DNA of 64,000 nucleotides from NCBI RefSeq assembly GCF_009914755.1, contig NC_060942.1. One strand, 5' to 3'. This DNA is from the human T2T-CHM13v2.0 reference genome, Homo sapiens. The notes beneath the pieces are model-generated. The model was given only the letters and a program-made list of their open reading frames with translations. It searched no databases and was not told where the DNA came from. Below, one piece after another: positions 14,725-28,113 of the stretch. Made by a program: the position numbers and the translations under genes. The first letter of the stretch is position 1; every line of letters starts with the position of its first letter.

Positions 14725-16056
14725 ATTGAGTATTGACCCCTTCCTTCTTCTTCAAACACTTTCTTCTTTTAAAGTTTCATTGATTACACTCTAATTTTCT
14801 TGTGACATCCCTGAACATTGCTTCTCAGCCCCACATAGTCTTCTTCTCCACTTCCCAGCCTGGGAGTTGGAATTCTTCATGGTTCTGCCTAGTGCTTTTC
14901 TTGTGTCTCTCGTGGCTGCTCTTGGCAGCCTGTTCTTCCTGTATCCTTTGAACTTAGCAATGGAATAACAGTCTATCCACTTACACAAAGCAGATACTCA
15001 AAGGTTTTCTTTGACATCTTTATTTTCCCCATCTCTCATATCCAATACGTCAGTGATCCATTCGATTTTAGGTCCTGAGAAAATATCAAAACTGATTATC
15101 TTCTCTTTAACTTCATCATCACTACCCTGTTTTATGTCACCAAAGTCTATTTCTAAGATTACTGCAATGGTCTGGTTGTCATTGGTCTGTCTCCACTTTT
15201 GGCCTCAGACAATCCAATATGGAGGTCAGAATAATCTTTTGAATACCTGCTCCCTTTGCATACACACACATTTGTATACCACATATATTCAAACATCAAA
15301 CCCTTAAACAGCTACCTATTGTCTTTATGATATAAATGGACATCCTTAACATGTACTACAATTTAATTCAATGTCTACTTCATACATGTCTCTCTAACAT
15401 TTTCTCAATATTTCCGCCCCTGTATTCTTCTTGTAAGTTATAATAACATATGCCCTGTTCGTTATGATTCAAAACTTTTTACATGTTGTTCTTAGTGCTT
15501 GCAACACCTGCCTCCAGCCTTATTCCCATCATCTTTTAGTTCTGTTTTATAGTATAACTATTATTGTGGTTAAAAATTTTGTCTGGAGTCGGGTTGAGAG
15601 TACACAAATCATAGCTTAAGTACTTCATAACTATAGAACTATGGACAAATTCCTACATTTTTTGTTCTTTAATCTCCTCACTTAAAATACAGGGATAATA
15701 ATACTAACTAGTTCTTAGGTTTTTTTTATGATTATTAAATAGATTAATTCACATAAAGAGGAGAGTGTCTGATACCCATATCCCAAAATAATATATATTA
15801 ATATTATTTTATTTATCTCCATTATGCATTATCATTTTGAGCATCGTCTTCATCTTGTTGGTTTGCAAATGACTTTCTTTAATAAATCTTTGCCCTCTAA
15901 ACTAAATCAGACTTTACTCTTTAAAACCCTGTTTCATAGTTCACAGTTGATTAAATTAAAGTTATGTATCTCCCTAACAAGAAAGCCAAAAATCACATCT
16001 TAGCACATTTTGAGAACATACCAGACAATCCACAAATATTTTTAAATAAATGAATG
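14725..16056 (+). mobile_element. L2 LINE 3' remnant (interrupted by MIR)
   Basis: CATCACTACCCTG...GTCACCA...GATTACTGCAATGGTC...TGGTCT and terminal AAATATTTTTAAATAAATGAATG. Confidence 0.7.
15565..15780 (+). mobile_element. MIR
   Basis: TGTGGTTAA...TCTGGAGTC...AAAATACAGGGATAATAATAC...GATTATTAAAT. Confidence 0.7.
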
Positions 16057-16066
16057 GCTTACTATC

Positions 16067-16470
16067 TGTCTTAGTCTGTTTTCTGTTGTTATGAGAGAAT
16101 GCCTGATTTCTAGAGAAAGAAGTTTTATTTCTTACAATCCTGCAGGTTAGGAAGTCTAAGATCAGGCAGCCACATCTGTTTGGCTTCTGGTGAGGGCCTC
16201 ATTCTGTATCGTAACATGGCAAGAGGTCATGAGTACAGAGAAACTGGCTTTCATAACAGAAGCATTATGGTGACAACTAAACCACTCCTGTAATAACCCA
16301 TTAATCCATTAATTCATTAATCTATTAATCTATGAATGGAAAAATCCATTAATGAGGACAGAGCCCTCATGAACCAGTCACTTCATAAAGGCCCCACCTC
16401 TTAGTACTGTTCCATTGGGGAACACATTTCAATATGAATTTTGGAGAGAACAAAAATTCAAACCATGACA
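16067..16470 (-). mobile_element. MaLR solo LTR (MSTD/MLT1A-like)
   Basis: TGTCTTAGTCTG...AAACCATGACA termini, (CCATTAAT)n block, AAGGCCCCACCTCTTAGTACTG. Confidence 0.9.
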
Positions 16471-16512
16471 TTATTTAATATGGATGGTGACATACACTGG
16501 GAAGACAATGCC

Positions 16513-16570
<58 letters not shown>
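16513..16570. repeat. (TA)n(CA)n compound microsatellite
   Basis: Direct reading. Confidence 0.98.
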
Positions 16571-16572
<2 letters not shown>

Positions 16573-16977
16573 ATACATGTACATATCTGTAACATTGCAA
16601 AGCATTCTGGGACTTATAAGTTAAACTATTTATTTCATAGTTAATAAAATTACAAAATTAATGGATAAAAGAAATCTGGAATTTTGTGTCAAACCAGAAC
16701 ACTAAAATGAGAGGAAGCATTCCCATGTGCCAAATTTTGAAATTAAAAAAATATAATAAACAATGGGAGTACTACTTTTCAGAGTTTAGCAAGCCTATCT
16801 AAATCATGTAATTCCAGTAAGTAATACAGGCTAAATACACAGATGTAGAAAATTTTCTGGTATATCCATGGATGGTAAAAATCCACATATAAAGAAAACA
16901 TGAATGTTTAGAAAGTGTTCTCATGTTCCCATTAAGAACAGTCACACAGTATCACAAATCATGTGGAGATGGCCTGA

Positions 16978-17249
16978 TAGTGTTCTCCAAAATTTTTTCA
17001 TCACACACCTTTCTAAGTTAAAAACATTGAAATATATACCTACAAATATAGGTATATTTATTTAGGTACATATTTACAAAAGTCCTATGGTATTATGTTA
17101 TATTTATTATAAAACAGATGCCAAAAAATATAAATTTTAAAAGGGCAAGATATAAAAGGAACTTACAAGTTGTAATGATTTATTTTCATGTCCTATTGGG
17201 TTGTCTTGCATATTTCCTGGAATAGGGATTTCCACTTTGAAGACCCCTA
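16978..17249 (-). mobile_element. hAT-Charlie MITE (MER113-like)
   Basis: TAGTGTTCTCCAAA...TTTGAAGACCCCTA degenerate inverted termini with AT-rich core. Confidence 0.6.
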
Positions 17250-17278
17250 GCCTGGCATAAGAAGCAGTAGCCTAGAAT

Positions 17279-17710
17279 TGAGGCAGCCAAATGTCTAGGC
17301 AGATAAAAAGGGGTCCCCAGAGAATCTCCAACCCACCCCACAGGTGTTTATATCAGATGCTTTTGTGCAGATGAGGGAGCCTGTCCAGGGCTTGTCTGGG
17401 CACGCCTACAGTAAACTGGAGCCTGACATGGGCACTGGAGGAAGTGGGCGGAGCCACAGGAATTCACACTAATGCAGAGGAGGAGTCTGCTCTCTTCAGT
17501 TCCTGTGTGGTGACGCCGGATTCATCTGTGAGGTCAAGGCCCTGTTAGCAGGACTCTATTTCACTCTGCTGAGGTTTTCCTTTTTTTTCCTTTTTCGCCC
17601 AATAAAACCCTGCTGTACTCACCCTTCAATGTGCCTGCATGCCTAAATTTTCCCGGTCGTGTGACAAGAACCCAGGTTTTAACTGAACTAAAGAGAAAAG
17701 TTCTGCAACA
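17279..17710 (+). mobile_element. ERV1 solo LTR (MER4 group, MER48-like)
   Basis: TG...CA termini, 4-bp TSD GAAT, AATAAA near 17601, GTGACAAGAACCCAGG...GAACTAAAGAGAAAAGTTCTGCAACA end. Confidence 0.85.
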
Positions 17711-19585
17711 GAATGTGTCCTGGACGTCATCTAGACTTACATTATTGTTATTGTTGTTGTTGTTTTCATTTTCAAGTTATTTCTTAGCAGAATTTTATCC
17801 AAAGATGGTAATTTCTCATTTCTTCCTTAGCCATTTTCCCACTTCCTACTTGTCTCTGATGAAAAAAGTCATTTAAACTTGAGAGCTGTAGTACGTTTTA
17901 TTCAACATCAGGAATTTATTAAAAAGTATCAAGCCTGTACTTACTTCAAATTAAGATACTCCTTGTGGTTCATTTCCAGTGATCGGTAATCCCCATATCA
18001 AATCACTTTGCTGGGAACATTGATATTTGATAAATACATTTACAGGAAGCAGTTATCTTCAAACTCCAGTCTCATCAAGCATTGTCCCACCACAAAATAT
18101 GATCAAAGATTAAGGACTCCAGGGACTCATGGGCTCTAAACTCATCAGCTTTGAATCCTGCTATAAATTATCCAAATGAGGCACTTGGCAAGATTCTTAA
18201 CTGATTGTGCTATTCGGAACACCTCCATTTCAATTAGAGGTAACCATGATACATGACAGCAAAGAACAAAACTAATAATTTTCACTGATGTCAGGGAAGG
18301 TTATAGGACTTCAGGGAATTATAGCAAGTATTTCAAGAAATGCACATTCACGACAGCCTTCTTTGTCGGTGTGTCTGCTTCTTGAATGAGAAGCTTTTAT
18401 TTTAGTTTCCTAGTTCATATCAGATGGGTTAAGAATGTATCCATATAAAAGTCTGGCTGACAGGGAAAATTGGTATGTTAGGGACTAAAAATATCAATGC
18501 TAAACGCCCAAATTCTGAATCCCTTAGGAGACCAGATGTGTCTTCAGTTTCAATCCTAAGTCTGGGCAAATGCTATGTAGGCAGATGAGGCAGCATGTAC
18601 AAGTCAGCAGAAGTTAAAAGACTCCTGAGTCACAAATATCTGCTCCTCCTGGACTAGAAGCAATCTTGAAATTTCCACTTAATGTTACATCATAAAGCCT
18701 ATTGTAACTGGATATATCTGAGCAGTGTAAAACATCGGCTAACACTGTAGGTTCCTTACCTTTTAAAAATACCCTGAGGATAAGCTTCCCTGAGTTTTTG
18801 AGGTTTCCCTGAACAGAAAACTGATAAGTTTCTTTTTAAAAGCAAACTCTGGGAATTGAGGAACTAGGTGTGCTACATATCAATAGAAAGCAATTTGATT
18901 CACTGGTCTTGGCATAGATATAAAAGTCAGAAAAACGAGTTTTCTTGTGCTAATTGGCTAATTACAAACTTTATGGCTTTGGCCTCATTTTTCTTAACTC
19001 TCATTTCAAATAACACACTCCCTAATATTCTCCCCAAATAGGGTCATTAATTTAGCAAACGTGTGTTGAGTAGCTACTACAGTCGTCCCTCCTTATCTAT
19101 GGTTCTGCTTTCTGTGGTGTCAGTTACCTATGGCCAATTGCAGTCTAAAAATATTAAATGGAAAATTCTAGAATTAATTCACAACTTTTAAATTGTGTGT
19201 TGTTCTAAGTAGTGTGATGAAATCTCACCCTGTCCTGCTCTGTCTTGCTTGAGATGTGAACTCATCGTCCAGTGTTTCTGCTCTGCACACGCCCTACCCA
19301 TGAGTCACTTACTGGTCATCTCCATTATCAGATTGACTGTCACACTATCACAATGCTTATGTATGTCATCTTTATTTTACTTAACAGTGGCCCCAAAGTG
19401 CAACCATAGTGATGCTGGCATATTGTTATAATGACTCTGTAAGATTCTTAGTCATTGTTGATAATCTCTTACTGTGCCCAGTTTATAAATTAAATTTTAT
19501 CATTGCAAACAAACAAAATAGCTTGTTTCTAAAACTCTACACGATTCTACAAAGTGTGTATTATACTCTTAATTTTAATGATGAA

Positions 19586-20341
19586 GCTTAACAATGGTGA
19601 TATGTTCATAGAAACATGTGATTATGCAATTCTGTTCTTGTGGGAACGTTATAGATTGTACTGAAACCTAGCTGGTGTACTCTATGACACACCTAGGCTG
19701 GTATACTATTGCTTCTAGGCTACAAATCTGGACAGAATGTTACTGTACTGAATACTGTAGGAAACTGTAACACAATGATAAGTAATTGTGTATATAAATT
19801 TATCTAAATATACATAAAGTACAGTAAAAATGTAGTATTGTAAACTTCTTCAAAATTTTTATTTTATTTTAGATTCAGGGAGTAATGTGCATGTTTGATA
19901 CATGAGTATATTGTGTACTCTTGGGGATTGGACTTCTAGTTTTCCCATTATCCAGATAATCAACCTGGTACCAGTAAGTAATTTTTTAACCCTCATCTCC
20001 TTTTTACCCTCCCCCATTTTACAGTCTCCAGTCCCCTAGTATTTCCATCTTTATGTTCATGTGTACCCATTGTTTAGCTCCCACTTATGAGGAGAACATG
20101 TGGCCTTTTAGCTCCCACTTATGAGGAGAACATGTGGCCTTTGATTTCCTGTTTCTGAGTTATTCTATTAGGGATAATGTCCTCTAACTCCATCCATGTT
20201 GCCCCAAAGGACATGATTGTATTCTTCTTTTTATAGCTGCATACTATTCCATAGTGAAAATACGGTATTATAATCTTATGGGCCCACTGTGGTATATGTA
20301 GTACTTCATTGACTGAAAAGTCCTTATGTTGCACATGACTG
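19586..20341 (-). mobile_element. Tigger3a (MER7A) MITE (interrupted by L1)
   Basis: CTAGGCTACAAA...GTTACTGTACTGAATACTGTAGG...; right end GCACATGACTG. Confidence 0.85.
19844..20256 (-). mobile_element. 5'-truncated L1 3'UTR (L1PA15-17-like)
   Basis: TTTAGCTCCCACTTATGAG, CCATCCATGTTGC; degenerate 17-bp TSD at 19827-19843 and 20257-20273. Confidence 0.88.
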
Positions 20342-20577
20342 CATGGGAAAAAAAACATAACACATATAGGGTTTGGTACTATGCACAGTTTCAGGCATCC
20401 ACTGAGGTTCTTGGAGCATTTCTCACAGATAAGAGAGGACTACTGTATGTTGAAAAAATTTTATTAACTATCATAGAAGGATATAAAAATTAGTAAGATT
20501 TTTTTTCCCTCACCTCAAAGAATTTTTGTATGATCCTACAGAAGACATATTAAAAATAAATAAAAAGGCAAGAAAGC

Positions 20578-21050
20578 CTAGCTCTTCCTGACAGGTTATG
20601 ATAAAAATAGCATATTTTTTTCTGTTCTATCTCTCCCAAATTCATAACTCCAGAATAACCATGAGAATATCAGGAAACCCAAATTGAGGAACATTCTAAA
20701 AAGCATCTTACCAGTACTCCTCAATTTGTCAAGGTTATGAAAAACAAGGAAAAACAGAAAATCTGTTGCAGATCCGGGAGACTAAGAAGATGTGATGACT
20801 AAATGCAATGTGGTATACTAGATTTTGGAACAGAAAAAAAATTAGTAAGAAAAAACTGTTGAAATCCAAATAAAGCCTGTAGCTTCAAGAAATATACTAA
20901 TACTGGTTTTCTAGTTTCAAAAAGTGTGCTATGGTAATGTCACATACTAACATTAGGAGGCATTGGATGAGGGTTATACGAAAACTTTCTGTAATATATT
21001 TGGAACATATCTGGAAATGTAAAATTATTCCAAAATAAAAACTTTATGGA
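20578..21050 (+). mobile_element. L1MC/L1MD 3' end
   Basis: AAACCCAAATTGAGGAACATTCT, TGACTAAATGCAATGTGG, TAAAATTATTCCAAAATAAAAA. Confidence 0.8.
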
Positions 21051-21686
21051 AAAATTAAAAAGCACAAAAATAACTATAATGCAACTCAAAGTATGACAAC
21101 TGTCACAAGACAGAAATAAAATTCTGTGGGACTTGGGAAGTGGAGAATACCACCTCTATGTAAATGGAAGACGAATGCTTTTGTAGCAGTGTGCAAGACC
21201 TATTTCAAATGCTTATCCCAATCCTATGCAACCCCCTTCTACAAACCCAAACCATCTGGCATTTTCTTTTTGGATTCAGGATAAAATCCCACCCTATATT
21301 TTTCCATGGGGAATAGGCTTGTAAGATCAGGAACCTATTCTGAGTGTCAGGCCTTCTTTATAATAGAAAAGTGTTTTACTAGTATGCAAGAAACAGAGAT
21401 TCTATGTTTCTCTAGCTGCATGAAGTATACCAAGGTGGGTTGGGGAGGGTGCCATGGGAGCTGTATTTTGTAGCTCCAGATACTAATAGGATGCTTTGTC
21501 GGTAGACATTTTAAAAAATAATAAAGCCTAATTACAAGTTGATATGTAATTATCAACTTTTTATTATCACCATGCACCAGCAATTTTAAACAATATCAAT
21601 GATAAAATTATTCCTCCCATTGGAGTGAGCCATTTCCATCACCACCCTCCCCACTTGAATATTCCACTGCCAGGCAGTTTTGTCCC

Positions 21687-22337
<651 letters not shown>

Positions 22338-23064
22338 GTCCCACAGTGTCAGGCACTGTAAAGAACCCCATTTAAGACATAACTCACAGAGAAATCTTTG
22401 AAAGTCCAATGGTGTTTAAAATAAATAGTCGATTACTATCCCCATCAGCTTCCTCTTATTTCACTTGGATTTTGCTTCCTACATGTGCATGGGACCCTCT
22501 TTGTTCTGCCTCCCACTTCCTATCTCTTCTTTGCAGGGACCCCACTTCATTGTGCCATGTCTCCTGCAATTGAGTTAGTAAGTCCCATTAATTCTGAAAT
22601 CTCACATTCTTCTTTGCAAACCATTTTTTTTTTTCTGGCTGAAATCGATGGTTTGTCATAATATAATCCATTCATTTACTGTGCTGAAATATCATTTCAT
22701 CTCAAGAAGGGAAGCTATATAGGTAGAAATCTGGGACAGTGGCAGAGAGCTTCTCTGTGCCCCACCTGTAGGATGTATGCCATCCTAACTAGCTATATTC
22801 TCCTAAATCCCATTTGGTTTATAATACTAACGAAAGTTACAAAAGCAACAGACAATTCCAGACTCTGCTGTCTCCTAACCCTGACTTACTTACTTGGAAT
22901 TGGAGAAATAATACATGTGCATGTTTAAATCAGCCAGTGTCAGGTAAAGGAAGAGGCAACATTTAGTGGCAGCCACTATTTCTGTGGAAACTATAAGATA
23001 GACCCACAACATAGATGTTCCAGAAAGAGAAAGAGAAAAAGAGTAAAGGGAGGTAGAAAAGAGA

Positions 23065-23984
23065 ATATATATACATATATATAAAATATATTATATATAA
23101 TATATAACATATGATATATAACATATTATATACTATATAACATACAATATATAACATATCATATAACATACGATATATAACATATTGTATAACATATGAT
23201 ATATGACATCATATAATATATGATATATAACATATATAATATATAACTTATGATATATAACATATTATATAATATATAACATAGTATAAACATAACATAT
23301 TATATATAATGTAAGATATTATATACATAACATATATAATATATATTATATACATAACATATATAATATATAAGATATTATATACATAGCATATTATATA
23401 ATATATAAGATATTCTATACATAACATATTATATATAATACATCAGATATTCTATACTTAACATATTATATATAATACATAAGATATTATATACATAGCA
23501 TATTATATATAATATATAATATATATAGCATATATAATATATAAGATATTATATACATAGCATATTATATATATGATATTATACATAACATATATATAAC
23601 ATATACAACACATTATATATAACATGTTACATATAACATATATAACATTATATATAGCATATATAACATATTATATATAGCATATTATATATAGCATATT
23701 ATATAATATATAACATTATATATATGTTATATATTATATATAACATATTATATATATGTTATATATAATATATAACATATATATAACATATTGTATATAT
23801 ATATAACATATCATATATAATAATATAATATATAATATAACATATAATATATATAACTTTTCATTCTCAACCAGATTGTACAGATAAAGAATGATGAAAA
23901 GATATTTATATATATATATTTTAAAAGTTATATATATATAAAAGTTATATATATTATATATAAATATATTATATATATATATAA
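23065..23984. repeat. Long AT-rich (TA)n-derived minisatellite/low-complexity tract
   Basis: ~900 bp almost entirely A/T; recurring ~35-38-bp units AAGATATTATATACATAGCATATTATATAATAT. Confidence 0.95.
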
Positions 23985-26900
23985 CTTTTCATTCTCAACC
24001 AGATTGTACAGATAAAGAATGATGAAAAGATATTTCCTGAAAGATTAATTTCATCAACTTTGAGCAATTGGATAGTAATGTGAACTTTATTTTTTAGACA
24101 ATGAGAATACAGTTTTTGAGTCGAAAAATCATATTGCTGCAAATGAGTTCTAGAAATATTGATTATAGAGTTATTTAAATATGTAAATAAATGATGGAAG
24201 AAGATTCAAGACATTTTTATAGTAAAATAATAAAGACAATTGAAATTAAAACAAAGTTTTAGATGCAAGAGACATTGTACAAGTAGAATAAATAGAACTT
24301 GATAACTAAGCAAGATAGTTTTCTGTTCATAAGCATAAATAACTATAACCAGGAATAATGGCAAGCAAAGGGACTGCTTTGGATAGAAAATTATGAATTC
24401 AACCATTAAAAGTTAAAAACTAGATAAGATCAAAGTCCTTTAACAAATTTAAGAATTTTACAAATGTGAGTTACTTTTTACCTTTCTCTGCTCTTTACAA
24501 CCCTATAGCATATATACTACAAAGGGAAAGATTTTGAATTCATAACAAATGGGTGGACTAGCAAGTATGTTTTATTATTTAATTGTTCATTTTTATTGTC
24601 TAAATTTAAGGGTTGCAAGTGCAATTTTGTCACATGGCTATATTTGCATAGCAGTGCGGTCTTAAGCAGGTATGTATTAAAGTTATTATATTCTATTTAA
24701 TAATCACTAAAGAATTTGCAGTTTTACTTCATGTCATGCTCATTGCCATGGTTAAAACTGCCCTACCAAACTGAGTTGCCCATGCTCAGCTGCAGAAGGC
24801 CTAGGATTTTTTGTTCATTCAGCCTCCAATCTTCTAGTACTATACCTTTGTACATAACTGTAAAAATACAAAAGAGAAGAATTAAGCAAAAGACATCTTT
24901 TCCTCTTTGCCCATCTACATCACCATTGATGTAGAGGGAAAGTGAAAAGGGGAGCTAATTTATGGCTTTTAGGTTTTTGATACGAGGTATTTCATGACAT
25001 TTTGCAAAAGTACATAAATAATTTAATTATCAAACACTCAGAAAGCGGCATGGCCCTTTTATTAGGTAGATAGACCAAATGACCTAGGAAAAGAGTTTGG
25101 TGTCTACTGTAAAGTCAATATGGGGAGCCTTAAATCAGTTAGGTTAGAGTGCCAAAATATATGTGTATATATTCTGTGGCCCGGATATAAGATAATTTCT
25201 CAGCTTTACACAGAAAGTGCTAAAAATATTTTTTGATAGTGAGAGTATAAAGAAAGTATGTGCTTCATAGCTTCACATTAGCTATGGAGAAGTTTTGTCT
25301 CCTATTGTGTAGCGTAAGGAAATGTATTACACAATGCAGCACTTCATAAAACACTTATGCAATTGGGCATGTGAGTTTTATAAATATTTAGTGGGCAGAA
25401 ATCTTGCCTTGTGCTTCTCTTAAACCTGTTATAGTACCACACACAGGGCTGGGCATGTATTAATAAATATTTCACTAAAAGATTGCTAGGGAAAACAATC
25501 AGTAGTTACTCACCATTTCCTCCAGATAACTACCACTTCAGTAGTTAGGCATTAAATCTGAGAAGTACTTCTCATATTTACACAGTTTATAGAATGGATA
25601 ATAATAATATTATTGGTTAAAATTGACTAGATTGTCGTTCCCTGTGGCAAGTTTAGACAATGGACTGAAATGGCATGTATTACCAGCTTTGAACTGCTAG
25701 TGCTGCTAGTACTAGATGATATCTCAAATAAATTCTGGGGAAAAAAAGGGGGGGGATACTTCTGCAAATTTGTTCTAGACTCGGCCCACTATTAATAAGA
25801 TGTATGTCTTATCTATTTTAAGGGATCATAGAATGCAAAACATGTCATTAATTTATTTACAGCACATAGGTTGAAGAAAAAAGAAACACCAGCACATAAC
25901 CCAAATCTATCAATTGTAAGACTTTACTTACTCTCAGAATGTCAATTCAAAATATTTTTCAACCAAAGGTGTTTCATGTTATATTTGTTCAACAACTTTG
26001 TCTAAGAGGTTAATGCCAGCACCTTACTAATTAGCAACAATTAAACCTGTTTTGATTTTTTCCAAAGCCCATCTTTTGCCCCTTTCTACAAATATTGGTC
26101 ATGTTTAATTGTCTGAAATCTACTGGGTTTGTAAAACAAATTCAAGTTTTTGTAACTGATGGCTTTCCCCTTGGTAGTGACTTTGTGTTAGACATCACAA
26201 AGCTAACTAGACTCCAGAGCCTGCACTATTAAACCTTACACTCACAGCACAGATTATGCCAAATGGGCAAAAATAAATAAATACGAGCCTGAGGCTAGTT
26301 GGGTTGAAGGAGTGGGGGTTAGGGGGAGAGGCATAAGTTAATGGCAAGCTTTCCTGACTCTGGGCCGCATTCAAACTCTGCTCAGCTCCACTCACTGCCA
26401 CATGCCACTGTGCTTTCCCGTCCCCCGTTCACAGAACTACTGCAAATGGTATCATTTTGCAACTAATTTACTCACTTAGTTTTGGCCATTAGTCATTCCC
26501 AATATCCTCAATCTGCAGGTAATTTTCCACATTATTAGTTACCCACCTGTCTTATTAAACTGGACTTTCTGAAACCCTGTGTGCCTGCATTTTCTGCACC
26601 TTTAGATCAAGCAAATAATTGCCCATACCTGGATGGAAGAATTTAATAGGAAGCTTATAGTTGATTCCAAAAGTTAATAACTATAGCATCTGGTTTCCCT
26701 TTTTAACATTTAAATGACAATGAGGACGCAGTTTTTGAGTAGGAAAATCATACTGCTGCAAATAAACTCAGTGTTCATGGAGAGAAAGAGAATGAGAATG
26801 AGTCAGCATACCATAGACTAAAATCTTTTTATCTTTTGTGGACAGGTTAAATATAAATGGGCAGAAGATAGGTTTGAATCTTTCACTAACGTACTTCAAC

Positions 26901-27918
26901 TTTGACCCCAAGAGACCCATCTCGATCACATTAAGGAAAAGAAACTTCCATGATGGGAAACTTAGCTCCCCAATAAGGACAATGGCCAAGCCCTCTGCTT
27001 TTGTGCAGTATCTCTGATATCTTTGGTTGCTCTGAATGAGAGAATACAGCTGCTGTGAGACATTTTCAATTCATTTTTATTCACATCTCCATAAAACAAT
27101 CTGCATAGGATATGTTTTTAAATATTGCTGGGTGGAACTTGGGACATTATTTTCTAAGCCAGGTCAGGAAAATCAAGCACAAAAACCCCAAAACTTCCAG
27201 CACTGAGGGTCAGGATTGCAATTTGCCAGGAGTCTAAGGAGAGTACCTCATTTGCAATTAAATTGACATTCATTTTTTATCAAAAATAAATGTGTCTGGC
27301 CACAATATTTGCTTGGAGCTATAAGTTTGATTTTTAGTTTAAAAAGAATTCCACGTTTGCCAGTAATGAAAACAGAAAGCCAAAATATTTCCAGAAATCA
27401 TCATACATATTTTTCTTAAACAACACAACATCAAACTTTGAGACACCCAAGACTTGATATGAAATGGGCAAAGTGGAGAAAATGACAATTACACAACCTT
27501 CATATTAAAGTACTTTAAAGTTTATGTAAACATCAACTTAAATTTTAGAAGTCCTCGATTTTCTATATCTATCTTCTAGCCCATCTTCTCCTACCTCTTC
27601 TAAATACAAATGTACCCTCCTTTGTTAATGAGGAATAGTTACCAGGAAAAGAGGTCTACTTCAGAGAAGAACCTAAAATGAAAGTATGTTTTAGGATTAC
27701 AGAACTTAAGTGCACACCACTCGTTCTATCCAGTGGCTTCTGTATGACATTATTATTATTATTATTATTCTCAAATATTGCTTGCTTCGCTGAACTTTTG
27801 CACATCTTATTATCTATACCGAAGGTTTCTTTTTCCTTATGCTTTTGCTTTTTTCTCTTTACATGCTTCCATGCCTGCCTAATTGTACTACAAACACACT
27901 GTGGGCAGGAGTCTAGAC

Positions 27919-28113
27919 CTAGGATTCACAAACTGTAGCCATCATGCTATATTCTGTTGGCTATATATTTTTATAAATAAAGTTTGTTGGAGTTCAGTGA
28001 TGGCCATGTGTTATGTATTACTAAATGCTGCTTTTGTGCTGCAACAGAGTTGAATAGGTATCCCAGAGATTGTATGGGTCACCACAAACAAAAAAAAAGT
28101 GTGCTGATCTCTG
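27919..28113 (+). mobile_element. MER58A-like hAT-Charlie MITE
   Basis: 8-bp TSD GTCTAGAC/GTCTAGGC; AAATAAAGTTTGTTGGA; GCAACAGAGTTGAATAG. Confidence 0.8.

Larger units (their letters stand above)
19080..20445 (+). mobile_element. MER44B-like Tigger7 derivative (interrupted)
   Basis: CAGTCGTCCCTCCTTATC...GATAAGAGAGGACTACTG TIRs, TA TSD on both sides. Confidence 0.9.
19040..20525 (-). mobile_element. L2 3' end, host of nested insertions
   Basis: TCATTAATTTAGCAAAC...TTGAGTAGCTACTA resumes after MER44 as TGTTG...GGATATAAAAA...AAGA...CCCTCACCTCAAAGAA. Confidence 0.5.

Noticed and set aside
16298-16352. (CCATTAAT)n short repeat array
   Set aside because: Normal internal feature of MSTD/MLT1A-type LTRs
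23065-24035. Repeat-spacer-repeat pattern as a CRISPR array
   Set aside because: Primate DNA, only two copies, TA-derived spacer, no cas genes
25514-25557. Minus-strand 44-nt exon candidate with ATG|gtgagt donor
   Set aside because: Stops in all three frames and weak polypyrimidine tract
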